This document shows, piece by piece, positions 25,801 to 37,840 of a stretch of 64,000 nt of DNA. Numbering within the stretch: position 1 is the stretch's first letter; each line of letters starts with the position of its first letter. Below the pieces are notes generated by a model, which was given only the letters and a program-made list of their open reading frames with translations, had not been told where the DNA came from and did no database searches. A program made the translations under genes and the position numbers. This DNA is from Eledone cirrhosa (Eukaryota), in the NCBI GenBank assembly GCA_964016885.1, contig OZ024743.1:80476001-80540000 (forward strand). The letters are read 5' to 3'.

Positions 25801-28800
25801 TAGTGGTAGAACACTGGAAGGTAATATCCGTAGTGGTAGAACACTGGAATGTAATATCCGTAGTGGTAGAACACTGGAAGGTAATATCCGTAGTGGTAGA
25901 ACACTGGAATGTAATATCCGTAGTGGTAGAACACTGGAATGTAATATCCATAGTGGTAGAACACTGGGATGTAATATCCGTAGTGGTAGAACACTGGAAG
26001 GTAATATCCGTAGTGGTAGAACACTGGAATGTAATATCCGTAGTGGTAGAACACTGGAAGGTAATATCCGTAGTGGTAGAACACTGGAATGTAATATCCG
26101 TAGTGGTAAAACACTGGAATGTAATATCCGTAGTGGTAGAACACTGGAATGTAATATCCGTAGTGGTAGAACACTGGAAGGTAATATCCGTAGGGGTAGA
26201 ACACTGGAATGTAATATCTGTAGTGGTAGAACACTTGAAGGTAATATCTGTAGTGGTAGAACACTGGAATGTAATATCCGTAGTGGTAGAACACTGGAAG
26301 GTAATATCCGTAGTGGTAGAACACTGGAAGGTAATATCCGTAGTGGTAGAACACTGGAATGTAATATCTGTAGTGGTAGAACACTGGAAGGTAATATCTG
26401 TAGTGGTAGAACACTGGAAGGTAATATCTGTAGTGGTAGAACACTGGAATGTAATATCTGTAGTGGTAGAACACTGGAAGGTAATATCTGTAGTGGTAGA
26501 ACACTGGAATGTAATATCCGTAGTGGTAGAACACTGGAATGTAATATCCGTAGTGGTAGAACACTGGAAGGTAATATCTGTAGTGGTAGAACACTGGAAT
26601 GTAATATCCGTAGTGGTAGAACACTGGAAGGTAATATCCGTAGTGGTAGAACACTGGAATGTAATATCCGTAGTGGTAGAACACTGGAATGTAATATCCG
26701 TAGTGGTAGAACACTGGAAGGTAATATCCGTAGTGGTAGAACACTGGAAGGTAATATCCGTAGTGGTAGAACACTGGAATCTAATATCCGTAGTGGTAGA
26801 ACAATGGAATGTAATATCCGTAGTGGTAGAACACTGGAATGTAATATCCGTAGTGGTAGAACACTGGAATATAATATCCGTAGTGGTAGAACACTGGAAG
26901 GTAATATCCGTAGTGGTAGAACACTGGAATGTAATATCTGTAGTGGTAAAACACTGGAATGTAATATCCGTAGTGGTAGAACACTGGAATGTAATATCTG
27001 TAGTGGTAGAACACTTGAAGGTGATATCCGTAGTGGTAGAACACTGGAATGTAATATCCGTAGTGGTAGAACACTGGAATGTAATATCCGTAGTGGTAGA
27101 ACACTGGAAGGTAATATCCGTAGTGGTAGAACACTGGAAGGTAATATCCGTAGTGGTAGAACACTGGTATGTAATATCTGTAGTGGTAGAACACTGGAAG
27201 GTAATATCCGTAGTGGTAGAACACTGGAATGTAATATCTGTAGTGGTAAAACACTGGAAGGTAATATCTGTAGTGGTAGAACACTGGAAGGTAATATCTG
27301 TAGTGGTAGAACACTGGAAGGTAATATCTGTAGTGGTAGAACACTGGAAGGTAATATCCGTAGTGGTAGAACATTGGAATGTAATATCCGTAGTGGTAGA
27401 ACACTGGAAGGTAATATCTGTAGTGGTAGAACACTGGAAGGTAATATCCGTAGTGGTAGAACACTGGAATGTAATATCTGTAGTGGTAAAACACTAGAAT
27501 GTAATATCTGTAGTGGTAGAACACTGGAATGTAATATCCGTAGTGGTAGAACATTGGAAGGTAATATCCGTAGTGGTAGAACACTGGAATGTAATATCCG
27601 TAGTGGTAGAACACTGGAATGTAATATCCGTAGTGGTAGAACACTGGAAGGTAATATCCGTAGTGGTAGAACACTGGAATGTAATATCCGTAGTGGTAGA
27701 ACACTGGAAGGTAATATCCGTAGTGGTAGAACACTGGAATGTAATATCCGTAGTGGTAAAACACTGGAATGTAATATCCGTAGTGGTAGAACACTGGAAT
27801 GTAATATCCGTAGTGGTAGAACACTGGAAGGTAATATCCGTAGGGGTAGAACACTGGAATGTAATATCTGTAGTGGTAGAACACTTGAAGGTAATATATG
27901 TAGTGGTAGAACACTGGAATGTAATATCAGTAGTGGTAGAACACTGGAAGGTAATATCCGTAGGGGTAGAGCACTGGAATGTAATATATGTAGTGGTAGA
28001 ACACTTGAAGGTAATATCTGTAGTGGTAGAACACTGGAAGGTAATATCCGTAGGGGTAGAACACTGGAATGTAATATCTGTAGTGGTAGAACACTTGAAG
28101 GTAATATCTGTAGTGGTAGAACACTGGAAGGTAATATCCGTAGGGGTAGAACACTGGAATGTAATAGCTGTAGTGGTAGAACACTGGAAGGTAATATCTG
28201 TAGTGGTAGAACGCTGGAATGTAATATCTGTAGTGGTAGAACACTGGAAGGTAATATCTGTAGTGGTAGAACACTGGAAGGTAATATCCGTAGTGGTAGA
28301 ACACTGGAAGGTAATATCCGTAGTGGTAGAACACTGGAATGTAATATCTGTAGTGGTAGAACACTGGAAGGTAATATCTGTAGTGGTAGAACACTGGAAT
28401 GTAATATCTGTAGTGGTAGAACACTGGAATGTAATATCCGTAGTGGTAGAACACTGGAAGGTGATATCCGTAGTGGTAGAACACTGGAAGGTAATATCCG
28501 TAGTGGTAGAACGCTGGAATGTAATATCCGTAGTGGTAGAACACTGGAATGTAATATCCGTAGTGGTAGAACACTGGAAGGTAATATCTGTAGTGGTAGA
28601 ACACTGGAATGTAATATCCGTAGTGGTAGAACACTGGAATGTAATATCCGTAGGGGTAGAACACTGGAATGTAATATCCGTAGTGGTAGAACATTGGAAG
28701 GTAATATCCGTAGTGGTAGAACACTGGAAGGTAATATCTGTAGTGGTAGAACACTGGAATGTAATATCTGTAGTGGTAGAACACTGGAAGGTAATATCCG

Positions 28801-29865
28801 TAGTGGTAGAACACTGGAATGTAATATCCGTAGTGGTAGAACACTGGAATGTAATATCCGTAGGGGTAGAACACTGGAAGGTAATATCCGTAGTGGTAGA
28901 ACACTGGAATGTAATATCCGTAGTCGTAGAACACTGGAATGTAATATCCCTAGGGGTAGAACACTGGAAGGTAATATCCGTAGTGGTAGAACACTGGAAT
29001 GTAATATCCGTAGGGGTAGAACACTGGAATGTAATACCCGTAGTGATAGAACACTGGAATGTAATATCCGTAGTCGTAGAACACTGGAATGTAATATCCG
29101 TAGGGGTAGAACACTGGAAGGTAATATCCGTAGTGGTAGAACACTGGAATGTAATATCCGTAGTGGTAGAACACTGGAATGTAATATCTGTAGTGGTAGA
29201 ACACTGGAATGTAATATCTGTAGTGGTAGAACACTGGAATGTAATATCTGTAGTGGTAGAACACTGGAATGTAATATCCGTAGTGGTAGAACACTGGAAT
29301 GTAATATCTGTAGTGGTAGAACACTGGAAGGTAATACCCGTAGTGGTAGAACACTGGAAGGTAATATCCGTAGTGGTAGAACACTGGAATGTAATATCTG
29401 TAGTGGTAGAACACTGGAAGGTAATATATGTAGTGGTAGAACACTGGAATGTAATATCTGTAGTGGTAGAACACTGGAATGTAATATCTGTTGTGGTAGA
29501 ACACTGGAAGGTAATATCCGTAGTGGTAGAACACTGGAATGTAATATCCGTAGTGGTAGAACACTGGAAGGTGATATCCGTAGTGGTAGAACACTGGAAG
29601 GTAATATCCGTAGTGGTAGAACACTGGAAGGTGATATCCGTAGTGGTAGAACACTGGAAGGTGATATCCGTTGTGGTAGAACACTGGAAGGTGATATCCG
29701 TAGTGGTAGAACACTGGAATGTAATATCTGTAGTGGTAGAACACTGGAATGTAATATCTGTAGTGGTAGAACACTGGAATGTAATATCTGTAGTGGTAGA
29801 ACACTGGAATGTAATATCTGTTGTGGTAGAACACTGGAAGGTAATATCCGTAGTGGTAGAACACT
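22805..29865. repeat. 30-bp tandem array, 235 units, derived from a Penelope tail
   Basis: Unit ggtagaacactggaa(t/g)gtaatatc(c/t)gtagt keeps exact phase from 22805 to 29855; a single copy lies at 60046-60086. Confidence 0.97.
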
Positions 29866-30070
29866 CAATCCATGGGACGAGTTAGGTAGAAGTGGTAACA
29901 CAACAGTGCACTATACCGAGACCAATTGTTTCACCATATCCGGACCTTCAGCTCGTACTGGTCATGTACTTCCTGTACCGTATAACCATGACCAGTACCA
30001 GCTGAAGGTCCGGATAAGGTGAAACATTTGTTCTCGGTGTGGTGAAATAACTGTTGTGTTACCACTTCTA
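29855..30070. mobile_element. Mini-Penelope: inverted pair of pLTR ends (family C), each with a degenerate hammerhead
   Basis: 29885-29966 is inverted at about 29986-30070; homologous to 60076-60200 and 62665-62765; hammerhead-like motifs at 29917-29955 (-) and 29998-30036 (+) have the core CTGAAGG. Confidence 0.8.
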
Positions 30071-30077
30071 TATATAT

Positions 30078-30118
<41 letters not shown>

Positions 30119-30126
30119 CGTGTGTG

Positions 30127-30206
<80 letters not shown>

Positions 30207-30262
30207 CACACATACTCCCTCATAATTTTATATATATGTATATATATATGGAAACTTCAATA

Positions 30263-30298
<36 letters not shown>

Positions 30299-30490
30299 AA
30301 TATGAGACTAACCGATGAGTGTTGTATGAACCACATTTTAGTCAATCAGCTGTGATGCAGATGACGTGTTCAACGACATGTATAAATGGTACAAGCCGGG
30401 ACATTATAGGGTATTATGGACTTACCGAATTATTATTTTTATATGAGCCGCTAGTGTCCGCGCATTGCCTGGAGGCTCAGCTGAGAATAG

Positions 30491-30572
30491 ACTCCCTGAT
30501 GACGCAATGAATTCTCGACAGTTGGATTATGTAACTGTCTTTATCCCATTGCAGAAACTAATTAGTTGGAGT
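30491..30572 (+). ncRNA. Type-I hammerhead ribozyme with branched stem II (family D)
   Basis: actcc CTGATGA cgcaatg...[gacagtt/aactgtc hairpin]...cattgca GAAA ctaattag TT^ ggagt; within a unique segment at about 30297-30758 between (TA)n tracts. Confidence 0.78.
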
Positions 30573-30758
30573 GAAAATTTAAGTAAGTAAAAAAAATTTT
30601 TTAAAAATTTTTTTAAAAAATATTTTCTTATTTTACGTCTTTTATATTATTGTTCTGCACCCTCCTGCATTGAACCACCTAGGTACTATGACATAACCTG
30701 TGTATTTGCTGGCATGGACGTGCATCTGTGCGCCTATGTTAGTTGATATATTAAATTA

Positions 30759-30813
<55 letters not shown>

Positions 30814-31206
30814 TATATATATATTATATATATATATATATGTATATAATCTGTTATTTTAATAAATATATATATGTATATATGCAAAAATTTTATTTAA
30901 ATTGTTGGGTTACAACGAGTAAATATTTTATAACTGATATAAAAGCACTCAACTGATTTTGGAGTATTTTACGATATTAAACAAATGGAAACTACATTTA
31001 TAAAACCATATTTATTTCATTATATATATTTCAGGGATATCATATTAAAAAATATGGTATGCCCTCTTCAGACAAAATACAATATATAAACAGTTTTATA
31101 AATAAATTTGACATACCTCGGAAAATTTACAACTTCCATTTATATATGTATATATTTATATATATATATATTTACAACTTCCATTATATATGTATATATA
31201 TATATG

Positions 31207-31239
<33 letters not shown>

Positions 31240-32207
31240 TTGTGTTTGTACCTGTGTGTGTATGTGCGTGAGTGAGTGTAAGAGTGTGTGTGAGTGTGAG
31301 AGTGTGTGTGTGTATATATACAGAAGACAGAAAGATGTGTGTGAGTGTGTGAGTGTGTGTGTGTGTGAGTGAGTGTGTGTGTTAGTCTTTGTTTGTCTGT
31401 GTATATATACAGAAGATAGAAAGATGTGTGTGTGTGTGGGTGTGTGTATACAGAAGACAGAAAAATGTGTGTGGGTGTGTGTGTGTATGTGTATAGAGAA
31501 GATAGAAAGATGTGTGTGTGTGTGTGTATAAAGAGATATAAAGATGTGTGTGGGTGTATAGAGAATAGAAAGATGTGTGTGTGTGTGTGTGTATAGAGAG
31601 ATAGAAAGATGTGTGTGGGTGTTGCTATAAAAGGAGAGAGGTGAGAATTCAAAGAAAGAACTAAAAAATAGAAAACAAATAAAGGAATAAAGACCGTGAA
31701 TAGATGAAAAGATGTGAGATAGGGACGCTGCAGCATATGTAGAGGTGCCATATGGAATATTTGACCATCACTGGCAGGGAATGGTGAGATAACAACAATG
31801 TTAATAATAATAATAACGCCCCGACGAACATCAAATACATAATATGAAAGGTAGAAAATGGAAATGGTTTCGTATTGTTGTTGAAAGTATGGCATGTGAC
31901 AACATTTTGGGTGGCGAGAGGGAGTCAGTGGTTGCTGGGTGGGTTGACGGGTAGATTTGATAGGTTTGACAGCTTGTCAGTCTTTTAGCAGTCAAGCATA
32001 GAGAAGTTGTTTTTTGTGGACATCTGGTTGATTCGAACGATAAGAACTTAATTAAGGCGTGTAATTTCACAGAAATAGCAGTTCCGCTTCGTAAAAAGTA
32101 AAACAACATCTTAGGTGTGCCAGAAGACTGAATTTCAACGGAAATCTTATTAGGATTAATGGGGGGGGGGGGCGTTGTAGTATAGCTACAACGTGCTATG
32201 CATTGCC

Positions 32208-32350
32208 TTGAGACGCATGGCTTAGTGGTTAGAGCATTGGGCTTGCAATCGAAAGGTTGTGAGTTCAATTCTCGGACCGGGTGATGTGTTGTTTCCTTGA
32301 GCAAGACACTTTATTTCACGTTGCTCCAGTTTACTCAGCTGTAGAAATGA
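32208..32350 (+). mobile_element. tRNA-derived SINE with CORE-like segment
   Basis: A-box tggcttagtggt, B-box gagttcaattc, then ccttgagcaagacactt. Confidence 0.7.
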
Positions 32351-32479
32351 GATGATAGGACTGGGGTCTCTATCATTAAATCACCCAAGACACCTCAAAC
32401 GAGATATACCTTGGAGGAGGCCAGCTAAACCTGCAGAGGTGTGAGCTGTAACAACAACAACAAAACAACATTGCCTTGA

Positions 32480-32650
32480 GGTATTTCGTAACGACTTTCT
32501 ACGTCCTGAGTTCAAATCCTGCCGAAGTCAATTTTGCTTTTCATATTTCCAGGATCGATAATATAAAATGCCAGCTGCGTATATTGGCTATAATCGACTT
32601 TTCCTTTCCCCTAAATTGGTGGCCTTGTGTTAATGTTAGAAAGATTTATT
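32480..32650 (+). mobile_element. tRNA-derived SINE, diverged (22013 family)
   Basis: gagttcaaatcctgccga, gcttttcat..gatcgataa, ggccttgtg. Confidence 0.6.
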
Positions 32651-32755
32651 AGGAGGAATTGTGATGGTATTAGAAAATAAGATTCTAATTAACAAATTGA
32701 AATTCAAGCTGTGTCTATAACCCATATAAAAGAAAGGCTGTTCACTAAACATACA

Positions 32756-32818
<63 letters not shown>

Positions 32819-32855
32819 ACACACACAGACACACACACACACACACACATATATA

Positions 32856-32886
<31 letters not shown>

Positions 32887-32890
<4 letters not shown>

Positions 32891-33181
32891 TGGAATAGAA
32901 TGAAACGATGTACTAGTTTCAAGCTTGTTAGCTATCGTCAGCACCGTATACCCTTCTGCCAGATGGTTGAACGTTCGAAAGTATATACTTTCCTTATAAA
33001 AATTAACGGCTGAGCAGCCTAATTTGCATATCGAGTGAGTTCAGTCGGCCAGGCGCACCGAAAACGATAAATTGGAATAGAATGAAACGAAATTTCATTT
33101 CTCACTTTTAGTACGGCACTTACTTAAATGTAAGTATGTATGTATACGTACATACATATATGTATACAGACGTACAGTAGC

Positions 33182-33268
<87 letters not shown>

Positions 33269-33707
33269 CAGGCACACATATATATATGTACGTATCAGTT
33301 TAGCGAACATTTATTATAACGCTCGCTTTTGTTCGTTTGTAAACAAACGGAGAGCCTGATTTATGCCGTACGGTGTTAAGGCAACCACGTCACCTTTTTG
33401 TTCAACACTGACACAAGAACGATGTACTAGTTTCAAGCTTGTTAGCTATGGTCAGCACCGTATACCCTTCTGCCAGATGGTTGAACGTTCGAAAGTATAT
33501 ACTTTCCTTATGAAATTTAACGGCTGAGCAGCCTAATTTGCATATCGAGTGAGTTCAGTCGGCCAGGCGCACCGAAAACGATAAATTGGAATAGAATTAA
33601 CACCGTACGGCATAAATCAGGCTGTCCGTTTGTTTACAAACGAACAAAAGCGAGCGTTATAATAAATGTTCGCTAAACTGATACGTACATATATATATGT
33701 GTGCCTG

Positions 33708-33744
<37 letters not shown>

Positions 33745-33796
33745 GCTACTGTACGTCTGTATACATATATGTATGTACGTATACATACATACTTAC

Positions 33797-33797
<1 letters not shown>
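32887..33797 (-). mobile_element. Hammerhead-bearing repeat, family A (tandem plus inverted segment)
   Basis: Hammerheads at 32905-32947 and 33419-33461 (514 bp apart); 33600-33797 is an inverted copy of about 33130-33378. Confidence 0.8.
32905..32947 (-). ncRNA. Minimal type-I hammerhead ribozyme (family A)
   Basis: acggtg CTGACGA tagct-aaca-agctt GAAA ctag TA^ catcgt. Confidence 0.75.
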
Positions 33798-33855
<58 letters not shown>

Positions 33856-33856
<1 letters not shown>

Positions 33857-34665
33857 TAGCCGAATTACCCGCGCCTTGGTGCGTTTCACACATTTTTATT
33901 TTTTGTAAGAAAATGATGATTGATTTTAAATCAGTGATATAATTTATGGAGAAAAACCATGCATTTCAATATTACTCAATATAAAATGTAATGCATTGAA
34001 AAATTGGAAAACATTATTTTTTGTAATATAAAAATTACATAATTAAATATTATTCTTATTTTGTTTCTTGCAAATAATTTTTTTCAAAATAACAATTCAA
34101 AACGTTTGTGAATAGGCATCATATCTTGTCATTTACCTATGGTTTAAATTTCATATACATCGAAGGGAAACATTTTCAGCGGGGGTTTCTTCCTCCGGGA
34201 AACCTTAATAGGGGGTTTAACCCCCATTAGGGTTTCTTAATATAATTGAAATTTGCTGAAATTTTGTGAATAGTCATCATATCTAGTGATTTACTTATGG
34301 TTTAAATTTCATATACATCGAAGGGAAACATTTTCAGCGGGGGTTTCTTCCTCCGGGAAACCTTAATAGGGGGTTTAACCCCCATTAGGGTTTCTTAATA
34401 TAATTGAAATTTGCTGAAATTTTGTGAATAGTCATCATATCTAGTGATTTACTTATGGTTTAAATTTCATATAAACGGAAGGGAAACATTTTCAGCAGGT
34501 GTTTGTGCCCCGGGGAACTCTTTGATTAAAATGAAAGATACTTATCCAAGTGTTCTGGGAAATGTAGTTTCAGAATATATATGGTTATGGGGGTCTATCT
34601 CCAAAAGCATAGGAGGAGTTCGTGAACAAACAGACAAACAAACAAAAAAAATATTGTTTCTATAG
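33856..34665 (-). mobile_element. Non-autonomous Helitron-like element with internal 158-bp tandem repeat
   Basis: Minus-strand 3' end hairpin (cgcaccaaggcgcg) then CTAG|T; 158-bp unit starts at 34105, 34263 and 34421; short (caaa)n near the other end. Confidence 0.65.
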
Positions 34666-34841
34666 GTAATCAAAGTGTGTATACATTTTCTGGGGACACC
34701 CTATATATATATACACAGACGCACACCATGGTTTCTGTACAGCTTCCTTTTATCAAGTTTCATTAGTGAAGCCGAGGCTATAGTCGGACATTTGACCACG
34801 TGATGAAGCTAACACAATCATATAGCTAGACCTACCACTGT

Positions 34842-35656
34842 ATATATAATAGACATATAATATATTATATATAATAGACATATAATATATATAGTAGACA
34901 TATAATATATATAACATACATAATATATTATATATAACAGACATATAATATATATAATAGACATATAATATATTATATATAACAAACATATAATATATTA
35001 TATATAACAGACATAATATATATAACAGATATATAATATACATAACAGACATATAATATATATTACAGACATATAATATATATAGCAGACATATAATATG
35101 TATAATAGACATATAATATATATAATGGACATATAAAATATATAACAGACATATAATATATATAATAGACATAATATATATAACAGACATATAATATATT
35201 ATAGTTAACAGACATATAATATATATAACAGACATATAATATATATAATAGACATATAATATATATAACAGACATATAATATATTATATATAACAGACAT
35301 ATAATATATATAAGAGACATATAATATATATAACAGACATATAATCTATATAACAGACATATAATATATATAATAGACATATAATATATATAACAGACAT
35401 ATAATATATTATATATAACATACATATAATATATATAATAGACATATAATATATATAACACATATAATATATTATATATAATAGACATATAATATAATAT
35501 ATATAATAGACATATAATATATATAATAGACATATAATATATATAACAAACATATAATATATATAATAGACATATAACATATTATATATAATAGGCATAT
35601 AATATATTATATATAATAGACATATAATATATTATATATAACAGACATATAATATA
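34842..35656. repeat. 20-bp AT-rich satellite (atatataatagacatataat)
   Basis: Direct sequence. Confidence 0.95.
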
Positions 35657-36348
35657 CTAGCAGATTTACCCGGCGTTGCTCGGGGTTTGAAATTATGCTA
35701 AGAATCTACAGCCAGGAAGTAAAAGAAGAACATTATAAATAAGCAGAAGTCTTCAATAATTAACTTTGAAAGTGCAACAAATTTTTTTTTGTATCAACAT
35801 GGCTTATGAAAGTTTTAAAAATGTAAAAGTTGTATGTCCCAATGGTTTGAATGGAAAGTCCCATAACGATTATTCTAAAAATAAACAAACCATCATCAAA
35901 ATCTCGTTAATTCGAGACTGCTACGAGATTAGGCCCTTAACGCGAAAATTAACACTTAATATAGTGAAACAAGTTAAAACAACAAGTGTTTTTTTAACTT
36001 TGAAAGTGCAAAAAAGAATAAACAAGAAACAAACGATAATATTAGTGATTTATCTTCAAATGAATGTGATGTTTATATTTCTGAAAAGTTGGTTATCTCC
36101 CTTTTTTATCAGGATTGTCAATAAAGTTGGTTATCTCCCTTACATCAATTTTGCTACCGATAAATTTGATATCGATCTTTTTATTGCTAAACGAGGGTCG
36201 ATTTGAAAATTGTTTTTGATGTGACAATCTTAGCAACCTGTGCAACGTGCACATAACATTTTGTCAAGTTCAGTTGGTAATTGTAAAAGCCTTAAGTATG
36301 AAAAGTTATACACAGACACACACATCCTCGCTTTTATATATATAAAGA
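35657..36348 (-). mobile_element. Non-autonomous Helitron, copy 1
   Basis: Minus strand A|TCtttatatata...cccgagcaacgccggg hairpin...CTAG|T; canonical termini with no TSD. Confidence 0.85.
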
Positions 36349-36403
36349 TTATATATAATAGACATATAATATATTATATATAATAGACATATAATATATA
36401 TAA

Positions 36404-36585
36404 TTGTTTCTACTTTAGGCACAAGTCCAGCAATTACCCAGTACATTACAGGTACTTTATTTTATCGACCCCGCAAGGATGAAAGGCAAAGTTAACCTCG
36501 ACGGAATTTGAACTCCGACCGTAAAGGGACGTAACTATGCTGGAAAGCATGCGTCTGTCTCTCTACCGATAGTGCCAATCCACCA
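36404..36585 (-). mobile_element. tRNA-derived SINE (22013 family)
   Basis: Reverse complement of 22013-22205. Confidence 0.75.
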
Positions 36586-37840
36586 ATATACATATAATAT
36601 ATATAATAGACATATATTATATATAATAGACATATAATATATATAACAGACATATAATATATATAATAGACATATAATATATATGACAGACATATAATAT
36701 ATTATATATAATAGACATATAATGTATATAATAGACATATAATATATATATAATAGACATATAATATATATAACAGATATATAATATACATAACAGACAT
36801 ATAATATATATAATAGACATATAATATATATAATAGACATATAATATATATAATAGACATATAATATATATAACAGACATATAATATATATAATAGACAT
36901 ATAATATATATAATAGACATATAATATATTATATATAATAGACATATAATATATATAATAGACATATAATATATATAATAGACATATAATATAATATATA
37001 TAATAGACATATAATATATATAATAGACATATAATATATATAATAGACATATAATATATATAACAGACATATAATATACATAACAGACATATAATATATA
37101 TAATAGACATATAATATATATAATAGACATATAATATATATAATAGACATATAATATATATAATAGACATATAATATAATATATATAATAGACATATAAT
37201 ATATATAATATACATATAATATATATAATAGACATATATTATATTATATATAATATACATATAATATATATAATAGACATATAATATATATAATAGACAT
37301 ACAATATATATAATAGACATATAATATATATAATAGACATATAATATATATAATATACATATAATATATATAATAGACATATAATATAATATATATAATA
37401 GACATATAATATATATAATATACATATAATATAATATATATAATAGACATATAATATATATAATAGACTTATAATATATATAATATACATATAATATATA
37501 TAATAGACATATAATATATTATATATAATAGACATTTTATATATATAATAGACATATAATATATATAACAGACATATAATATATATAATAGACATATAAT
37601 ATATATAATAGACATATAATATATATAATAGACATATAATATATATAATAGACATATAATATATATAATAGACATATAATATAATATATATAATAGATAT
37701 ATAATATAATATATATAATATACATATAATATATTATATATAATAGACATATAATATATATAATATACATATAATATATTATATATAATAGACATATAAT
37801 ATATATAACAGACATATAATATATTATATATAACAGACAT
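36586..37840. repeat. 20-bp AT-rich satellite
   Basis: Direct sequence. Confidence 0.95.

Noticed and set aside
22805-29865. CRISPR array
   Set aside because: Units are contiguous near-identical 30-mers with no unique spacers; no cas genes; eukaryotic context.
32208-32285. tRNA gene
   Set aside because: A and B boxes are present but the acceptor stem is poor, and it runs into a SINE body; treated as a SINE head.
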